A stretch of 64,000 nt of DNA from positions 15,251 to 79,250 of the forward strand of contig JANXNW010000268.1 in NCBI GenBank assembly GCA_025353905.1. Reading direction: 5' to 3'. Shown piece after piece: positions 1 through 9,219 of this stretch. Made by a program: the position numbers and the translations under genes. The notes under the pieces were generated by a model that saw only the letters and a list, made by a program, of their open reading frames with translations, searched no databases and had not been told where the DNA came from. This DNA is from Hymenobacter sp. (GTDB lineage Bacteria; Bacteroidota; Bacteroidia; Cytophagales; Hymenobacteraceae). Numbering within the stretch: position 1 is the first letter of the stretch; every line of letters starts with the position of its first letter.

Positions 1-465
1 CGCCAGCCGCCCGCTCATCAGCAGCAAGCCCAGCAGCCAGGCCGCGACCAGCACCGGCAGGTAGGGCTCGACGCGACGGACCAGGCCAGCCCAGCGGTGG
101 GCGGCCGGCTCACTACTTACCTCGGCCGGCGCGACCGACGCAGCTGGCTCGGTGGAAGCCGCTGTCGCCGGGCTTTCAGTCCTGAATCTGGCCGGCGCGA
201 GCGACAAAGCCGCCCCCGGCACCACCGGGACTGGGACCGCGTAGTAGCGCCCGAACGTGCCGCTCACGACCAGCACCAACAAAGCCAGCGTACTCACGGC
301 CAGCCAGTAGCGCAGCTCGGGCCGCTGCCGGCGCAGCAGGGCCAGCGCGGCGGCCAGCGCCCCGGCCAGCACCGCGCCCTGCCAGAGCGAGTGCAGCAGG
401 GCAAAACCCAGCGCCCGCACCAGGGCGGGCGTCAAAACATCTTTAAGCAGCGGGAGCGTCGTCAT
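1..465 (-). CDS. M56/BlaR1-family metallopeptidase, N-terminal part (runs off window edge)
   Basis: Minus-strand frame from ATG at 465 reads MTTLPLLKDVLTPALVRALGFALLHSLWQGAVLAG, containing the LLHSLWQG signature of M56 sensor N-termini. It overlaps the end of the BlaI gene. Not in the ORF track because it is truncated. Confidence 0.85.
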   Translation of the reverse strand, partial: MTTLPLLKDVLTPALVRALGFALLHSLWQGAVLAGALAAALALLRRQRPELRYWLAVSTLALLVLVVSGTFGRYYAVPVPVVPGAALSLAPARFRTESPATAASTEPAASVAPAEVSSEPAAHRWAGLVRRVEPYLPVLVAAWLLGLLLMSGRLA

Positions 466-880
466 CGGATGAAGAGTTAGCGGCGTTAGCGGTAGAATTA
501 GCGTTCTGAATCTCTAAGTCGTTGAGCAGGCGGCGAATCTGGGCCAGTTCGTCGGGGGCCGGGCGGCGGTGGCCCAGCGCCTGCAGCACCAGCTTCAGGG
601 CCGAGCCGCCAAATGCGGTTTCCACAAAGCGGTCAAGCAGTACGCCCTGGGTGTCTTGCTCGCGCACGGCGGCCCGGTAGATGTGCGAGCGGCCTTCGTC
701 GTCACGCCGCACGAGGCCCTTTTCCAGCATGAGCTGCATGAGCTTGAGCGTGGTCGTGTAGCCAATGTCGCGGTGCTGGCTGAGCTGCTCGTTCACGGTG
801 CGTACCGTGGCCGGGCCGGCTTGCCAGAGCACGTGCAGGATTTGCAGCTCGGCATCGGTGGGTTTGAGGGGCAAAGGCAT
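443..880 (-). CDS. BlaI/MecI/CopY family transcriptional repressor
   Basis: KPTDAELQILHVLW...TVRTV...GYTTTLKLMQLMLEKGLV...RSHIY...FGGS, directly upstream of the M56 gene. Start placed at the ATG at 880. Confidence 0.92.
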   Translation of the reverse strand: MPLPLKPTDAELQILHVLWQAGPATVRTVNEQLSQHRDIGYTTTLKLMQLMLEKGLVRRDDEGRSHIYRAAVREQDTQGVLLDRFVETAFGGSALKLVLQALGHRRPAPDELAQIRRLLNDLEIQNANSTANAANSSSDDDAPAA

Positions 881-903
881 CAGGTCGGGGTAAATAAGTT
901 TGA

Positions 904-978
904 TACGAATATTTTCGTAAGACAAAGATTATACGATGCGCTTCGTAATTCCAAAATATGCCTACGAAATTATTCGTA
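904..978. promoter_or_regulatory. Three TACGA-N6-TCGTA palindromes, candidate BlaI-family operators
   Basis: Exact palindromic half-sites at 904-919, 932-947 and 963-978, just upstream of the blaI-like start. Confidence 0.7.
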
Positions 979-1056
979 TTAAAACTCAACTAGCTCAAAG
1001 CCAGCCTGAAAAAATTTCCGGCTGGCTTCTCCACTCCTTTCTTACTTACTACTCCC

Positions 1057-1437
1057 CTACTCCTCCCCCGCCGCTGACTGCTTGCGTCGCTGCACCAGCG
1101 TTACGCGGGCCCGCAGGCAGATGCCGCCCACCGGCGGGTTGAACTTGGCCACGCTCACTCGCGCCTGCCGCACCTGCCCAAACTCGGTCATCACCCGGTC
1201 GAGGATGCGGTGGGCCAGGTGTTCGAGCAGCCGCGCCGGGCGGGCCATTTCCTCGCGCACGATGCGGTAGAGCACTTCGTAGTTCACCGTCTCGGCGAGC
1301 TTGTCCGACGCGCCGGCTGCGAACAAGTCGGTCTTCAAATACAGGTCCACCCCGTACTTATTGCCGATTTTCTGCTCCTCGTCGTAGTAGCCGTGGAACG
1401 CGAAAAACTCCAGGCCCTCAAGCGCTATCTCTCCCAT
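1057..1437 (-). CDS. folB: dihydroneopterin aldolase
   Basis: IALEGLEFFAFHGYYDEEQKIGNKYGVD...ETVNY...LLEHLA...KFNPP. Confidence 0.95.
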   Translation of the reverse strand: MGEIALEGLEFFAFHGYYDEEQKIGNKYGVDLYLKTDLFAAGASDKLAETVNYEVLYRIVREEMARPARLLEHLAHRILDRVMTEFGQVRQARVSVAKFNPPVGGICLRARVTLVQRRKQSAAGEE

Positions 1438-1634
1438 AGACCGCAGATTCGAACGGATTTAACGGATGGAACGGATGGCGGGGCTGCGCCCCTGGCCGTC
1501 GTGTTGGTGCTCGTTCGTTTTGGCTGCGCCGTAAAGCTAGGGTGCCAAGGCCCTCGCAGGCAACAGTAGTCAAGCAAATCAGGCGGCGGCCCAGTCCATA
1601 GCCGTCCGTTAAATCCGTTCGAATCTGCGGTCTA
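1437..1634. repeat. Palindromic element with AACGGAT-type ~9-mer units and 30-bp perfect terminal inverted repeats
   Basis: tagaccgcagattcgaacggatttaacgga (1437-1466) is the reverse complement of 1605-1634. A half copy lies at about 54487-54516. Confidence 0.85.
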
Positions 1635-2717
1635 GATTTCGTCGAAGAAGGAGCGCTCGGTGCCGGTACCTACGCCGGCCGCAACTGCTTCCGCTTGCGC
1701 GGCAGCTGCTGTAACCGACCCCGTTACCCGCACTCCGCTCGGATAGGGCGACGGCGCGGGCTGCCCTATTTCCGGCCCGCTGGGGCCAATGGGCGCGATT
1801 TCGGGGTAGCTCGGCGGCAGGGCGGGCGGCAGCTCGGGCTCCGGCACCCGGTCGGGGGCGGGCTGGTCGATGCGCGGCGGGGGCGCGATACCGGGGTTTT
1901 CGGCCGGCGCGCCGGGCCGCTCAATGTCGGGGGCGGGCGCGGGCGACGGTTCCGGCGACGGCTCCGGCGCAAACGGGTCGCCACGGTCCGGCTCGGGCTG
2001 CTGGCCGGGCTTGGGGTTGTAGGCGGCGGGCAGCGCGGCAACGGCTATCCCCGCAACGGGCTCACCCGCCACAGCTGGGGCCAGAGCGGTGTAAACAGAA
2101 ATATCAGCAGCAGGCATGGCAACGGAGTTGGGCGCGGCCGACGCTGGCCGCGGCACTTGTACGCCGTTGGCCCGCGCCAGGGTGGCCGCCGGCCCATTCT
2201 TGGAGCGGCCGCGGGCGCGCTCAGCCTTGTCGAGCGCACCGGACGCTAGGTGGTGCAGGTCGCGCACGAGCACATCGAGCTGGTTTTCCAGGCTTTGGCA
2301 CTCCTGGCCGAGGCCGCTCACGTGCTGCTGCATCTCGGCCACGGTGCGCTCGGCGGCCTGCTGGGCTTCGTCGAGCAGGGCGCGGGCCTGCTGCCGGGCT
2401 TCGGCCAGCAACTGCTCGGCATTGAGCTGGGCTTCGCGGCGGCGCAGGTCGGCCTCGCGCTGGGCCTGCTCAGTGATGGACGCGCCGGTGTCTTCGGCCG
2501 TTTTCAGGGTGCGGTAGAGCGAGCTTTCCACTTCGCGCAGCTTCTGCACGTCCTGCTGGGTGTGGTCGAGCTTGAGCCGCAGCTCCCGGTTTTCGTCGCC
2601 CAAACGCTCCCACTGCTGCGAGAGCATGGTCAGAAACGCCTGCACCTCGTCCTTGTCAATGCCCCGAAAGGACTTTTCAAACGTCTTCTGGCGAATATCG
2701 AGGGCGGTTATTTTCAT
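1632..2717 (-). CDS. DivIVA domain protein with Pro-rich C-terminal region
   Basis: MKITALDIRQKTFEKSFRGIDKDEVQAFL DivIVA N-terminus, followed by a coiled coil, a Pro-rich tail and a terminal SFFDEI. Confidence 0.9.
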   Translation of the reverse strand: MKITALDIRQKTFEKSFRGIDKDEVQAFLTMLSQQWERLGDENRELRLKLDHTQQDVQKLREVESSLYRTLKTAEDTGASITEQAQREADLRRREAQLNAEQLLAEARQQARALLDEAQQAAERTVAEMQQHVSGLGQECQSLENQLDVLVRDLHHLASGALDKAERARGRSKNGPAATLARANGVQVPRPASAAPNSVAMPAADISVYTALAPAVAGEPVAGIAVAALPAAYNPKPGQQPEPDRGDPFAPEPSPEPSPAPAPDIERPGAPAENPGIAPPPRIDQPAPDRVPEPELPPALPPSYPEIAPIGPSGPEIGQPAPSPYPSGVRVTGSVTAAAAQAEAVAAGVGTGTERSFFDEI

Positions 2718-2750
2718 GTTGAGGTCAATAAATAATGAGCGATTTTACTT

Positions 2751-2858
2751 CCGGTCATTGCGAGCAAAGCGAAGCAATCGCACCTGTTAAGCGGCGTTCG
2801 ACGAGCCGGACAACGAGCCGAACAAGTGCGATTGCTTCGCTTTGCTCGCAATGACCGG
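2751..2858. repeat. REP-like doublet, GTCATTGCGAGC...CGAAGCAATC family
   Basis: 38-bp inverted arms at 2751-2788 and 2821-2858. Related copies at 34741-34860, 52217-52319 and 60869-60896. Confidence 0.9.
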
Positions 2859-2874
2859 GTGCGACTGGTGAAAA

Positions 2875-3807
2875 TTACCCATCAACTACTTCCCACACGG
2901 CCAGGCTGCGGTCATCGGAGCACGAAACTAACCGCTGCCGGCTGCCGGGCCAAACCAGCTTGTTGACCGACGTGCCGTGGCCGGCCGCCCGCGCCCGGTC
3001 GAGCACCCGCAGCAGGGCCAAGCTGGCGGCATCCCAGAGCTTGATGCTTTTGTCGAGCGAGCACGAGGCCAGGTAGCGACCATCGGAACTGAAAGCCAGG
3101 TAGTTGATGGCGTACATGTGGGCCACCACACTGTCGGCGAGGGCGTAGCCGGCGGCCGCGTCGTAGCGGCGCAGGTGGGCATCGCGGCCGGCGGCCAGCA
3201 GCTGGCGGCCATCGGGCGCGTAGCAGAGCGCAAAAACCGAGTTGGTAGCCTCGGCAAGCGTGTATTTCAGAGTAAGCGAATCGAGGTCGAGCACCCGCAC
3301 CTGGTGGTCGGAGCCGCCTACGGCCAACTCGCCCTGGCCTTCGTGCAAGGCCAGGCAGCGCAGGGATTTATCGCTGACGCGCAACAGGTTTTCGAGCCGG
3401 AAATCATCGCCCCGCAGCACGGCCAGCGTCCCGTCGGCCAGCGCCACGTAAAGGCGCTGCCGGCTTTCGGAAAACACCAAATCGAAAATGGCCACCGGTG
3501 GCAGGGCCGTGGCGAAGGCCAGCTTGTTATCCGCCAAATCCAGCGCCTGGACACCCTGAAAATTATGCCCCAGCAGCAGCAGATTCCGCGCCGGCAGCTC
3601 GTGCAGGGCATAAACAGAGTTCTCGACCCGCGCCAGCAGCTGCCCGTCCTGGGCCGGGTCGGCCGCGTTCCAGGCCACGACCAGCCCGTCGGCCCCGGCC
3701 GAAAACACGCGCTCTGACTCCGGCCCGCCGGCCAGCGCGTACACCGCGTCGCGGTGCCCGGCCAGGGTGCCCACGCGTTGCGCCGTAGGGCGGATGGATG
3801 AGAGCAT
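2875..3807 (-). CDS. WD40 repeat protein
   Basis: GHRDAVYAL, SAGADG..VAWN, SCSLDKSIKLWD, SCSDDRSLAVW repeats. Confidence 0.92.
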   Translation of the reverse strand: MLSSIRPTAQRVGTLAGHRDAVYALAGGPESERVFSAGADGLVVAWNAADPAQDGQLLARVENSVYALHELPARNLLLLGHNFQGVQALDLADNKLAFATALPPVAIFDLVFSESRQRLYVALADGTLAVLRGDDFRLENLLRVSDKSLRCLALHEGQGELAVGGSDHQVRVLDLDSLTLKYTLAEATNSVFALCYAPDGRQLLAAGRDAHLRRYDAAAGYALADSVVAHMYAINYLAFSSDGRYLASCSLDKSIKLWDAASLALLRVLDRARAAGHGTSVNKLVWPGSRQRLVSCSDDRSLAVWEVVDG

Positions 3808-3992
3808 AGTTGTTGCTGGTTGCTGGTTGCTTGTTTTCAGGACACGGGTTCACGCAGAGTTCCGCAAAGGTGGCAGAGTTTCCTAGAGTTGAAATACCAC
3901 TACCTCGCTTGGCTCAAGTTTGAAACAAGAAACAAAAAACAAAAAACACCGGGCTGCCGGGCGGTACTACCTTCGCCGCTACCCGCCCGTCC

Positions 3993-4733
3993 ATGCCGCT
4001 TCATTCGATTACTGATTTGCCCGGCGGCGTCCAGCTGGGCCTCTGGCAGCTCACCGAAACGCCGGCTGCGCTCTGGCCCGAGCTGCTCGGCGCGGCGGCC
4101 TACGTCCCGTTGCTGCCCGCCCACCCCGACGGCCCCCGCCAGGCGCAGTGGCTGGCGGCCCGGGTGCTGACGCAGCGCCTGCTGGCGGCCGCTGGTCAGG
4201 ACGCGCCCCTGCCCCATCTGCACAACGACGAGGCCGGCCGGCCCTGGCTCACGGCCCACCCTGACGAACGAACGGGGCTACCGGCCCCGGCCGTGTCGCT
4301 GTCGCACTCCGGGGCGTGGGTGGCGGCGCTGCTCGGCCCGCCCGGCACGGCGCTGGGCCTCGACGTGGAGCTGGTGCGCGACAAAGCCGAGCGCCTGGCC
4401 GCCAAGTTTCTCAACGCGCAGGAGTTACTTGATTTGACGCAAGTTGGCTGGCCCGCGCTACCCGATGCCGCGCCCGGCACCAATGCCCGCGCCGAGCTGC
4501 TGACCCTGCTCTGGAGCGCCAAAGAAACGCTGTTCAAGCTGGCCGGGCGGCGCGGGGTGCTTTTCCGCGAGCACCTGCTGCTGGACTTGCCCGCCGGCTC
4601 CTGGCCGGTGCCCGGCGCGCTCCCCGCCCGCCTGCTCGGGGGGGCCGGGTGCAACTCCCGGCATCAGATTTGGTATCTTCGGCCGGCCGTTGGCTATGTG
4701 CTTACGTACTGCGTGGCGCCACCATCGGCGTAG
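3993..4733 (+). CDS. 4'-phosphopantetheinyl transferase (Sfp-like)
   Basis: GRP...VSLSHSG...GLDVE...WSAKETLFK motifs. Confidence 0.9.
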   Translation: MPLHSITDLPGGVQLGLWQLTETPAALWPELLGAAAYVPLLPAHPDGPRQAQWLAARVLTQRLLAAAGQDAPLPHLHNDEAGRPWLTAHPDERTGLPAPAVSLSHSGAWVAALLGPPGTALGLDVELVRDKAERLAAKFLNAQELLDLTQVGWPALPDAAPGTNARAELLTLLWSAKETLFKLAGRRGVLFREHLLLDLPAGSWPVPGALPARLLGGAGCNSRHQIWYLRPAVGYVLTYCVAPPSA

Positions 4734-4781
4734 ATTTTCACCCTCCCATTCGCTTTTCGCTTGATTATTTCTACCCGCGCT

Positions 4782-5354
4782 ATGTCTTTTCGCAAACTTT
4801 CGCTGCTGGCCGCGGCCACGCTGCTGCTGGCCGCGTTCGCCCTGAAGCCGGCCCGCGCCCAGGGCACGGTGGCCGCCGACCTGGCTTTCCAAAAAACCAG
4901 CGGCGGCAGCACCGCCCTCAGCTCGCTGGCCGGCCAGAAAGCCGTGGTGGTCGTGTTCCTGAATCCGGCCTGCGCCTACACCCGCCTCTACCAGGAGCGG
5001 CTGAGCGCGCTCAGCAGCGCGTTTGGCAGCCGGGGCGTCCAGTTTTTGTTCGTGAACGTGCCCATCAACCTCGACAGCAACGACGGGAGCGCGGGCAGCG
5101 CGCTGGCTACCTACGCCGATGCCGGCCCCGCGAGCGCCGCGCTGGGCGTGAGCAAAACCACCGAGGCCGTGGTGTTGCAGCCCGCCGCCGGGGGTAGCTT
5201 CAGCGTCCGCTACCGCGGAGCCATCGACGACAATCCGCAAGTGGCCGGCGGCGTACAGCAAGCGTACTTGCAGCAGGTGCTTGAAAACCTGCTCGCCGGC
5301 CGCCCCGCCGGCCTGGCCGACAAGCGCGCGGCCGGCTGCCTGATTAAACGGTAG
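4782..5354 (+). CDS. Secreted thioredoxin-fold/redoxin-like protein
   Basis: Signal peptide; KAVVVVFLNPACAY; YRGAIDDNPQ; C-terminal GCLIK. Confidence 0.8.
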   Translation: MSFRKLSLLAAATLLLAAFALKPARAQGTVAADLAFQKTSGGSTALSSLAGQKAVVVVFLNPACAYTRLYQERLSALSSAFGSRGVQFLFVNVPINLDSNDGSAGSALATYADAGPASAALGVSKTTEAVVLQPAAGGSFSVRYRGAIDDNPQVAGGVQQAYLQQVLENLLAGRPAGLADKRAAGCLIKR

Positions 5355-5433
5355 GACGCAGCCTTTGCTGCGTCGGGCATCTCCCTGATTAATCAACTGC
5401 TCAACGCCTGACGCAGCAAAGGCTGCGTCCTAC
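5351..5433. repeat. GTAG-type REP doublet (gtaggacgcagcctttgctgcgtc)
   Basis: Inverted 24-bp units at 5351-5374 and 5410-5433. Other copies at 15991-16048 and 50659-50682, with a variant at 53836-53863. Confidence 0.9.
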
Positions 5434-6275
5434 TCCGAGTCCTGCTCTAATAAAATAGCCAGCAGCTGGCCGACTTCTTCGGCTTTGGCGGGCTCTTGCA
5501 GCTTCTCGAAGCCGACTTGCAGGTTGCGCAGCGCGCGGCGCACGATGTCGAGGTGCGAGCACGGCTCGTAGAAGCTCTCCTGCGACGTGACGCCGAGCTG
5601 ACCCACGTAGTGCTCGATGTCGGCGCGGCTCAGCACCACGCCCCGGTTGTAGCAGTTGATGTAAAACGTGAGCGGCAGCTCGGCGGGCCGATACGTGAGC
5701 ACGAACAGGTTGGGCAGATTCACGCCGAACACGGGTAGATGCAGCCGGCGAGCTACCAGCAAGTATATCACGCAGAGCGAGAGTGGGTTGCCGCGCTTCG
5801 TTTCGAGTACTCGATGCAGCATCGAGTTGGCCGGCGAATGGAAATTCTGGGTGTTAGCGGCGAATTTGTGGGCCCGAAAAATGACGTGGTTGAGCACCTG
5901 CACCTGGTCGGCGGGGTGCATCTCGGGCTTCATCAGCGTCCAGCACTCGAAGCGTAATTGCTCGATGGCCCGGTTCAGGGCTTGCAGGTCGGCGTCGGGG
6001 TATTGGTAAGAATTGAGCAGCCACATGCCTTCGAGCAAATCCTGGCCGCCCGTGTCGCGCCACACCCTCAGGCGCTGCTGCACGCCCTCAAATTGCAGCT
6101 GATGGATAAGGTCTTCGAGGCGCTGCTGCTGCTGGGGGTCGAGGGTTTCTTCCCAGCTTTCTTCCAGAAACGGGATGATGGCTTCGCCCAGGTTTTCAAT
6201 CTCGCCCCGAATCTGGGGGGCCAGCTCCGGGTCGTCGAGCAGCGAGATGAGGGCTTTGATTTCGGGGGTCGTCAT
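5430..6275 (-). CDS. SirB1/transglutaminase-like domain protein
   Basis: EIKALISLLDDPE N-terminus; NSMLHRVLETKRGNPLSLCVIY...GVNLPNLFVL...YINCYNRG. Confidence 0.85.
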   Translation of the reverse strand: MTTPEIKALISLLDDPELAPQIRGEIENLGEAIIPFLEESWEETLDPQQQQRLEDLIHQLQFEGVQQRLRVWRDTGGQDLLEGMWLLNSYQYPDADLQALNRAIEQLRFECWTLMKPEMHPADQVQVLNHVIFRAHKFAANTQNFHSPANSMLHRVLETKRGNPLSLCVIYLLVARRLHLPVFGVNLPNLFVLTYRPAELPLTFYINCYNRGVVLSRADIEHYVGQLGVTSQESFYEPCSHLDIVRRALRNLQVGFEKLQEPAKAEEVGQLLAILLEQDSE

Positions 6276-6395
6276 GCGGGCGGCGGCAGCTCCGACGGCA
6301 AATGTCGGGGCTGAAGCTAACAAACAGCCCCGACTTTTTTGTTCAGCCGCCTCGCGGCTTATTCTCCGTGCCCATCGGCGGCGCCCGCCGCTCCT

Positions 6396-7127
6396 CTACC
6401 GCCCCAGCCCGCTTAGGGCAGCGCCGCTGAGCTGTACCGAGGCGCTGTCGGCGGCCGTGAAGCGCGGCGCGCCGATGCGGGCGGCCAGACGCAGCTCGCC
6501 CCGATGGGGCAGGCGCAGGTCGGCGGCCGCGATGCGGTTGTCTTTTTCGATGGCTAATTCGGCCCGGCTGCCAGCATTCCGGCCAATATCGGCGCGCAGA
6601 AAACCGAGCTGACAGCCGCTCAGCTCCACGCGGCTGGCCTGGTCCTGGCGCAGCACGAGGCTGTCGCCGCCGAAGCCTTGCACCCGCACGGCGTAGCCGC
6701 CGGGGCTGTTGTCGCCGGGCGTTTGCGTTACTACGCGGCCCTTTTCGGAGTACGTGCCGCCCGTGTGCAGCTCACGCAGCCGGGGGCAGCTGATGGTGAT
6801 TGCCGGGCGTTGCCCCAGGTACTTACGCTCCTCGGGGAAGACGAGCGCGACCGTCAGCCGACCGCCTTGCCGGGTTATTTTCAGGTACTGGGCCGCGTCG
6901 TCGCGCACCCGCACGGCGTAGGGGCCGGCCGTGAGGCGCACGCTCATGGCCGTGGCAGCGGGCAGGTCCACGGCGTCGAAGCCTTGGTAGCTCAGCGCCG
7001 TCGTGCCGCGCAGCGGGTCGCGGAAGGTGCCGCGGCGGTACTCGGCCCGCAGACCCAGGTTGTAGGCGCTCAGCGAGAGCAGCAGCACCGAGAAGGCGGC
7101 GCTGAGCCAGATATTACTTTTTTTCAT
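6396..7127 (-). CDS. GIN/DUF2807-like membrane-anchored protein in the GntR-ABC operon
   Basis: N-terminal hydrophobic helix then beta-rich repeats. Overlaps the gntR stop. Confidence 0.6.
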   Translation of the reverse strand: MKKSNIWLSAAFSVLLLSLSAYNLGLRAEYRRGTFRDPLRGTTALSYQGFDAVDLPAATAMSVRLTAGPYAVRVRDDAAQYLKITRQGGRLTVALVFPEERKYLGQRPAITISCPRLRELHTGGTYSEKGRVVTQTPGDNSPGGYAVRVQGFGGDSLVLRQDQASRVELSGCQLGFLRADIGRNAGSRAELAIEKDNRIAAADLRLPHRGELRLAARIGAPRFTAADSASVQLSGAALSGLGR

Positions 7128-7542
7128 GGTCGGAGGGAAGGGGGGAAACGGCCGGCCCAGTCGCGGGAGTCGGCCCGGTTGGGGCAGTTTGGAAGGCTAG
7201 AAAGCGGCGCTCGACTTCGGCAAGGTCAATGCCGAGCAAGAGCAGGGTGCGGAAAAACGCGGGCAGCTCCTGCTCCAGGAAGCGCGCCCGGCGCAGCTGC
7301 TGCACCTGGGCCTCGGCGGCCGGAGCCACGAAAAAGCCGATGCCGCGCTTGTTGTAAATAATCTGCTGGCTTTGCAAATACTCGTAGGTGCGCATCACGG
7401 TGTTCGGGTTAACTTGCAGGGCCGCGCCCAGCTCGCGCACCGACGGGATTTTCGCGTCCGGCACCCAGACGCGCCCCAGAATCTGCTCGCCCACGTAGCC
7501 GGCGATTTGCAGGTAAATAGCCTCGTTATCACGAAATTCCAT
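7114..7542 (-). CDS. GntR (YtrA-subfamily) transcriptional regulator
   Basis: AIYLQIA...KIPSVRELG..LQVNPNTVMRTY...KRGIGFFV, short C-terminus, linked to an ABC operon. Confidence 0.93.
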   Translation of the reverse strand: MEFRDNEAIYLQIAGYVGEQILGRVWVPDAKIPSVRELGAALQVNPNTVMRTYEYLQSQQIIYNKRGIGFFVAPAAEAQVQQLRRARFLEQELPAFFRTLLLLGIDLAEVERRFLAFQTAPTGPTPATGPAVSPLPSDHEKK

Positions 7543-7553
7543 TGTTGATTTAA

Positions 7554-8357
7554 TTAAAGCTGCTTTTCCGTGAGCCGGAAATACGCCGCCACCCACAGCA
7601 GCGCGGCCAGCCCCAGCGGCAGCGCGCTCAGCCAGGCCGCCTGGCTGATGGGCATCTCGAGCGAAAAGAATTGCCCGCCCTGGCGAAGCGTGATATTCGT
7701 GAATGGCGGGGCCGGGAATATCTCCAGACCACTTCCCAGCAAACTTTTCAGCACTCGGAAGTTGAGCACGCTGCCCAGAATGGTGACCAAACCCAGCGTA
7801 AAACCCATTTTAACAAATTGCCCTTTCGCGAAGAAAATGCTTCCCCACAGCCAGGCCCCGTTCAGCAGCACGTAGAACGCGAAGAAGAAGTTTGTTTTAT
7901 CAGGGTCAGCGAAAATGTTGATGGGTGTCACCGCCTGGCCGCCGCTACTGGCCCCGTACAGCACCAGGGCATCGACCGCGTAGAACAAAGCCACGAACAC
8001 CACCACGAAAACGGGCAGCGAGAACACCCAGCCCACCAAAAACTTTTCGAGGTGCGAGGCGGGCAGCGTGAGCGCGGCCATCCCCCGCTGCTTGTCGCCG
8101 TAAACGGCGAAAACGCCGCTGCTGAAAAAGCTGCCCGCGCCCAACAGAAACAACAGAAACAAGACTATCTGTGTAGCCTCGTTCAGTGGGCCGCCCTGCT
8201 CAAAGGAAATGTAGCTCATCACCAGCAGCATAATGCCGCCCAACACGGCCGCGCTGAGCAAGTAGCCGGCCCCGCGCTCGGCCGCATGGCGGGCCAGCAG
8301 CCGCCCAAAACGGGCGGGGCTGAAGGTTTGGTGGGCGAGGTTAGCGGACGGCTGCAT
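7554..8357 (-). CDS. ABC transporter permease-like membrane protein
   Basis: About 6 hydrophobic segments and an LTLPASHLEKF motif. Coupled to an ABC ATPase. Confidence 0.8.
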   Translation of the reverse strand: MQPSANLAHQTFSPARFGRLLARHAAERGAGYLLSAAVLGGIMLLVMSYISFEQGGPLNEATQIVLFLLFLLGAGSFFSSGVFAVYGDKQRGMAALTLPASHLEKFLVGWVFSLPVFVVVFVALFYAVDALVLYGASSGGQAVTPINIFADPDKTNFFFAFYVLLNGAWLWGSIFFAKGQFVKMGFTLGLVTILGSVLNFRVLKSLLGSGLEIFPAPPFTNITLRQGGQFFSLEMPISQAAWLSALPLGLAALLWVAAYFRLTEKQL

Positions 8358-9204
8358 GGCTGAGCTGGGTTTGGTGGAGGTGAGTGAGCACGGCCGAGTC
8401 GCCGCTGATGAGGGCGTTGAAAAGCAGCTCCATATCGACGCGGCCGTAGCCGCTGCCGTCGTTGGGCCGGATGGCCGCTGGCCCGGCCGCCGTGGTTTCG
8501 GCGTAGAGCGGCTCCGCCGTGCCGGCCGGCACCGCGCCCACGGTGAAGCTCAGGCGCTCGGCCAGCTCATCGAGGCCGCTGTTGAGCACGATTTCGCGGT
8601 TGTGCACCACCAGCACGGTGTCGATGAGCGCGTCGAGGTCGCGCACCTGGTGGGTCGAGATAATCAGGCAGCGCTCCTCGGTGAGGGCCGCCGCCAGGAG
8701 CCGCCGAAACTGGGCCTTCGATGGAATGTCGAGGCCGTTGGTCGGCTCGTCCATCACCAGCAGCCCGGTATTGACGGCCAGGGCGAAGGCAATCATAAAC
8801 TTCTTGCTTTGGCCGTGCGAGAGCTGGTTGAGCTTGCGCTGGCGCGGCACTTCCAGCTCGGCGAGGTAGTCGTAGAACTGGCTCGCGCTGAAGCGCGGAT
8901 AAAACCCGCCGGTGTGGGCCACGAACTGCTCGGCCGTGAGGGCGGGCGCGTACTGCTCCTCAGGCAGAAAAAACAGGTCCTCCAGCGTGACAGGCAGCCG
9001 GGCGGCGGCGGGGCGCTCGTCCACGAGGCAGGTGCCACTAAGCGGAAAAGCCAGCCCGACCATGTTTTTGAGCAGCGTGGTCTTGCCCGCCCCGTTCTTG
9101 CCCAGCAAGCCGTAAATGTGACCCCGCTCCAAGTCGAGGCTCAGGTTTTCAAACAGCGGCACCCGTCGGGAATAGCCGAAATAGAGGTTGCGGATGCGGA
9201 CCAT
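8341..9204 (-). CDS. ABC transporter ATP-binding protein
   Basis: Walker A GKNGAGKTT, signature LSHGQ, Walker B VMDEPTNGLD, H-loop STHQ. Confidence 0.95.
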   Translation of the reverse strand: MVRIRNLYFGYSRRVPLFENLSLDLERGHIYGLLGKNGAGKTTLLKNMVGLAFPLSGTCLVDERPAAARLPVTLEDLFFLPEEQYAPALTAEQFVAHTGGFYPRFSASQFYDYLAELEVPRQRKLNQLSHGQSKKFMIAFALAVNTGLLVMDEPTNGLDIPSKAQFRRLLAAALTEERCLIISTHQVRDLDALIDTVLVVHNREIVLNSGLDELAERLSFTVGAVPAGTAEPLYAETTAAGPAAIRPNDGSGYGRVDMELLFNALISGDSAVLTHLHQTQLSHAAVR

Positions 9205-9219
9205 ATGCCTGATGTTTTA

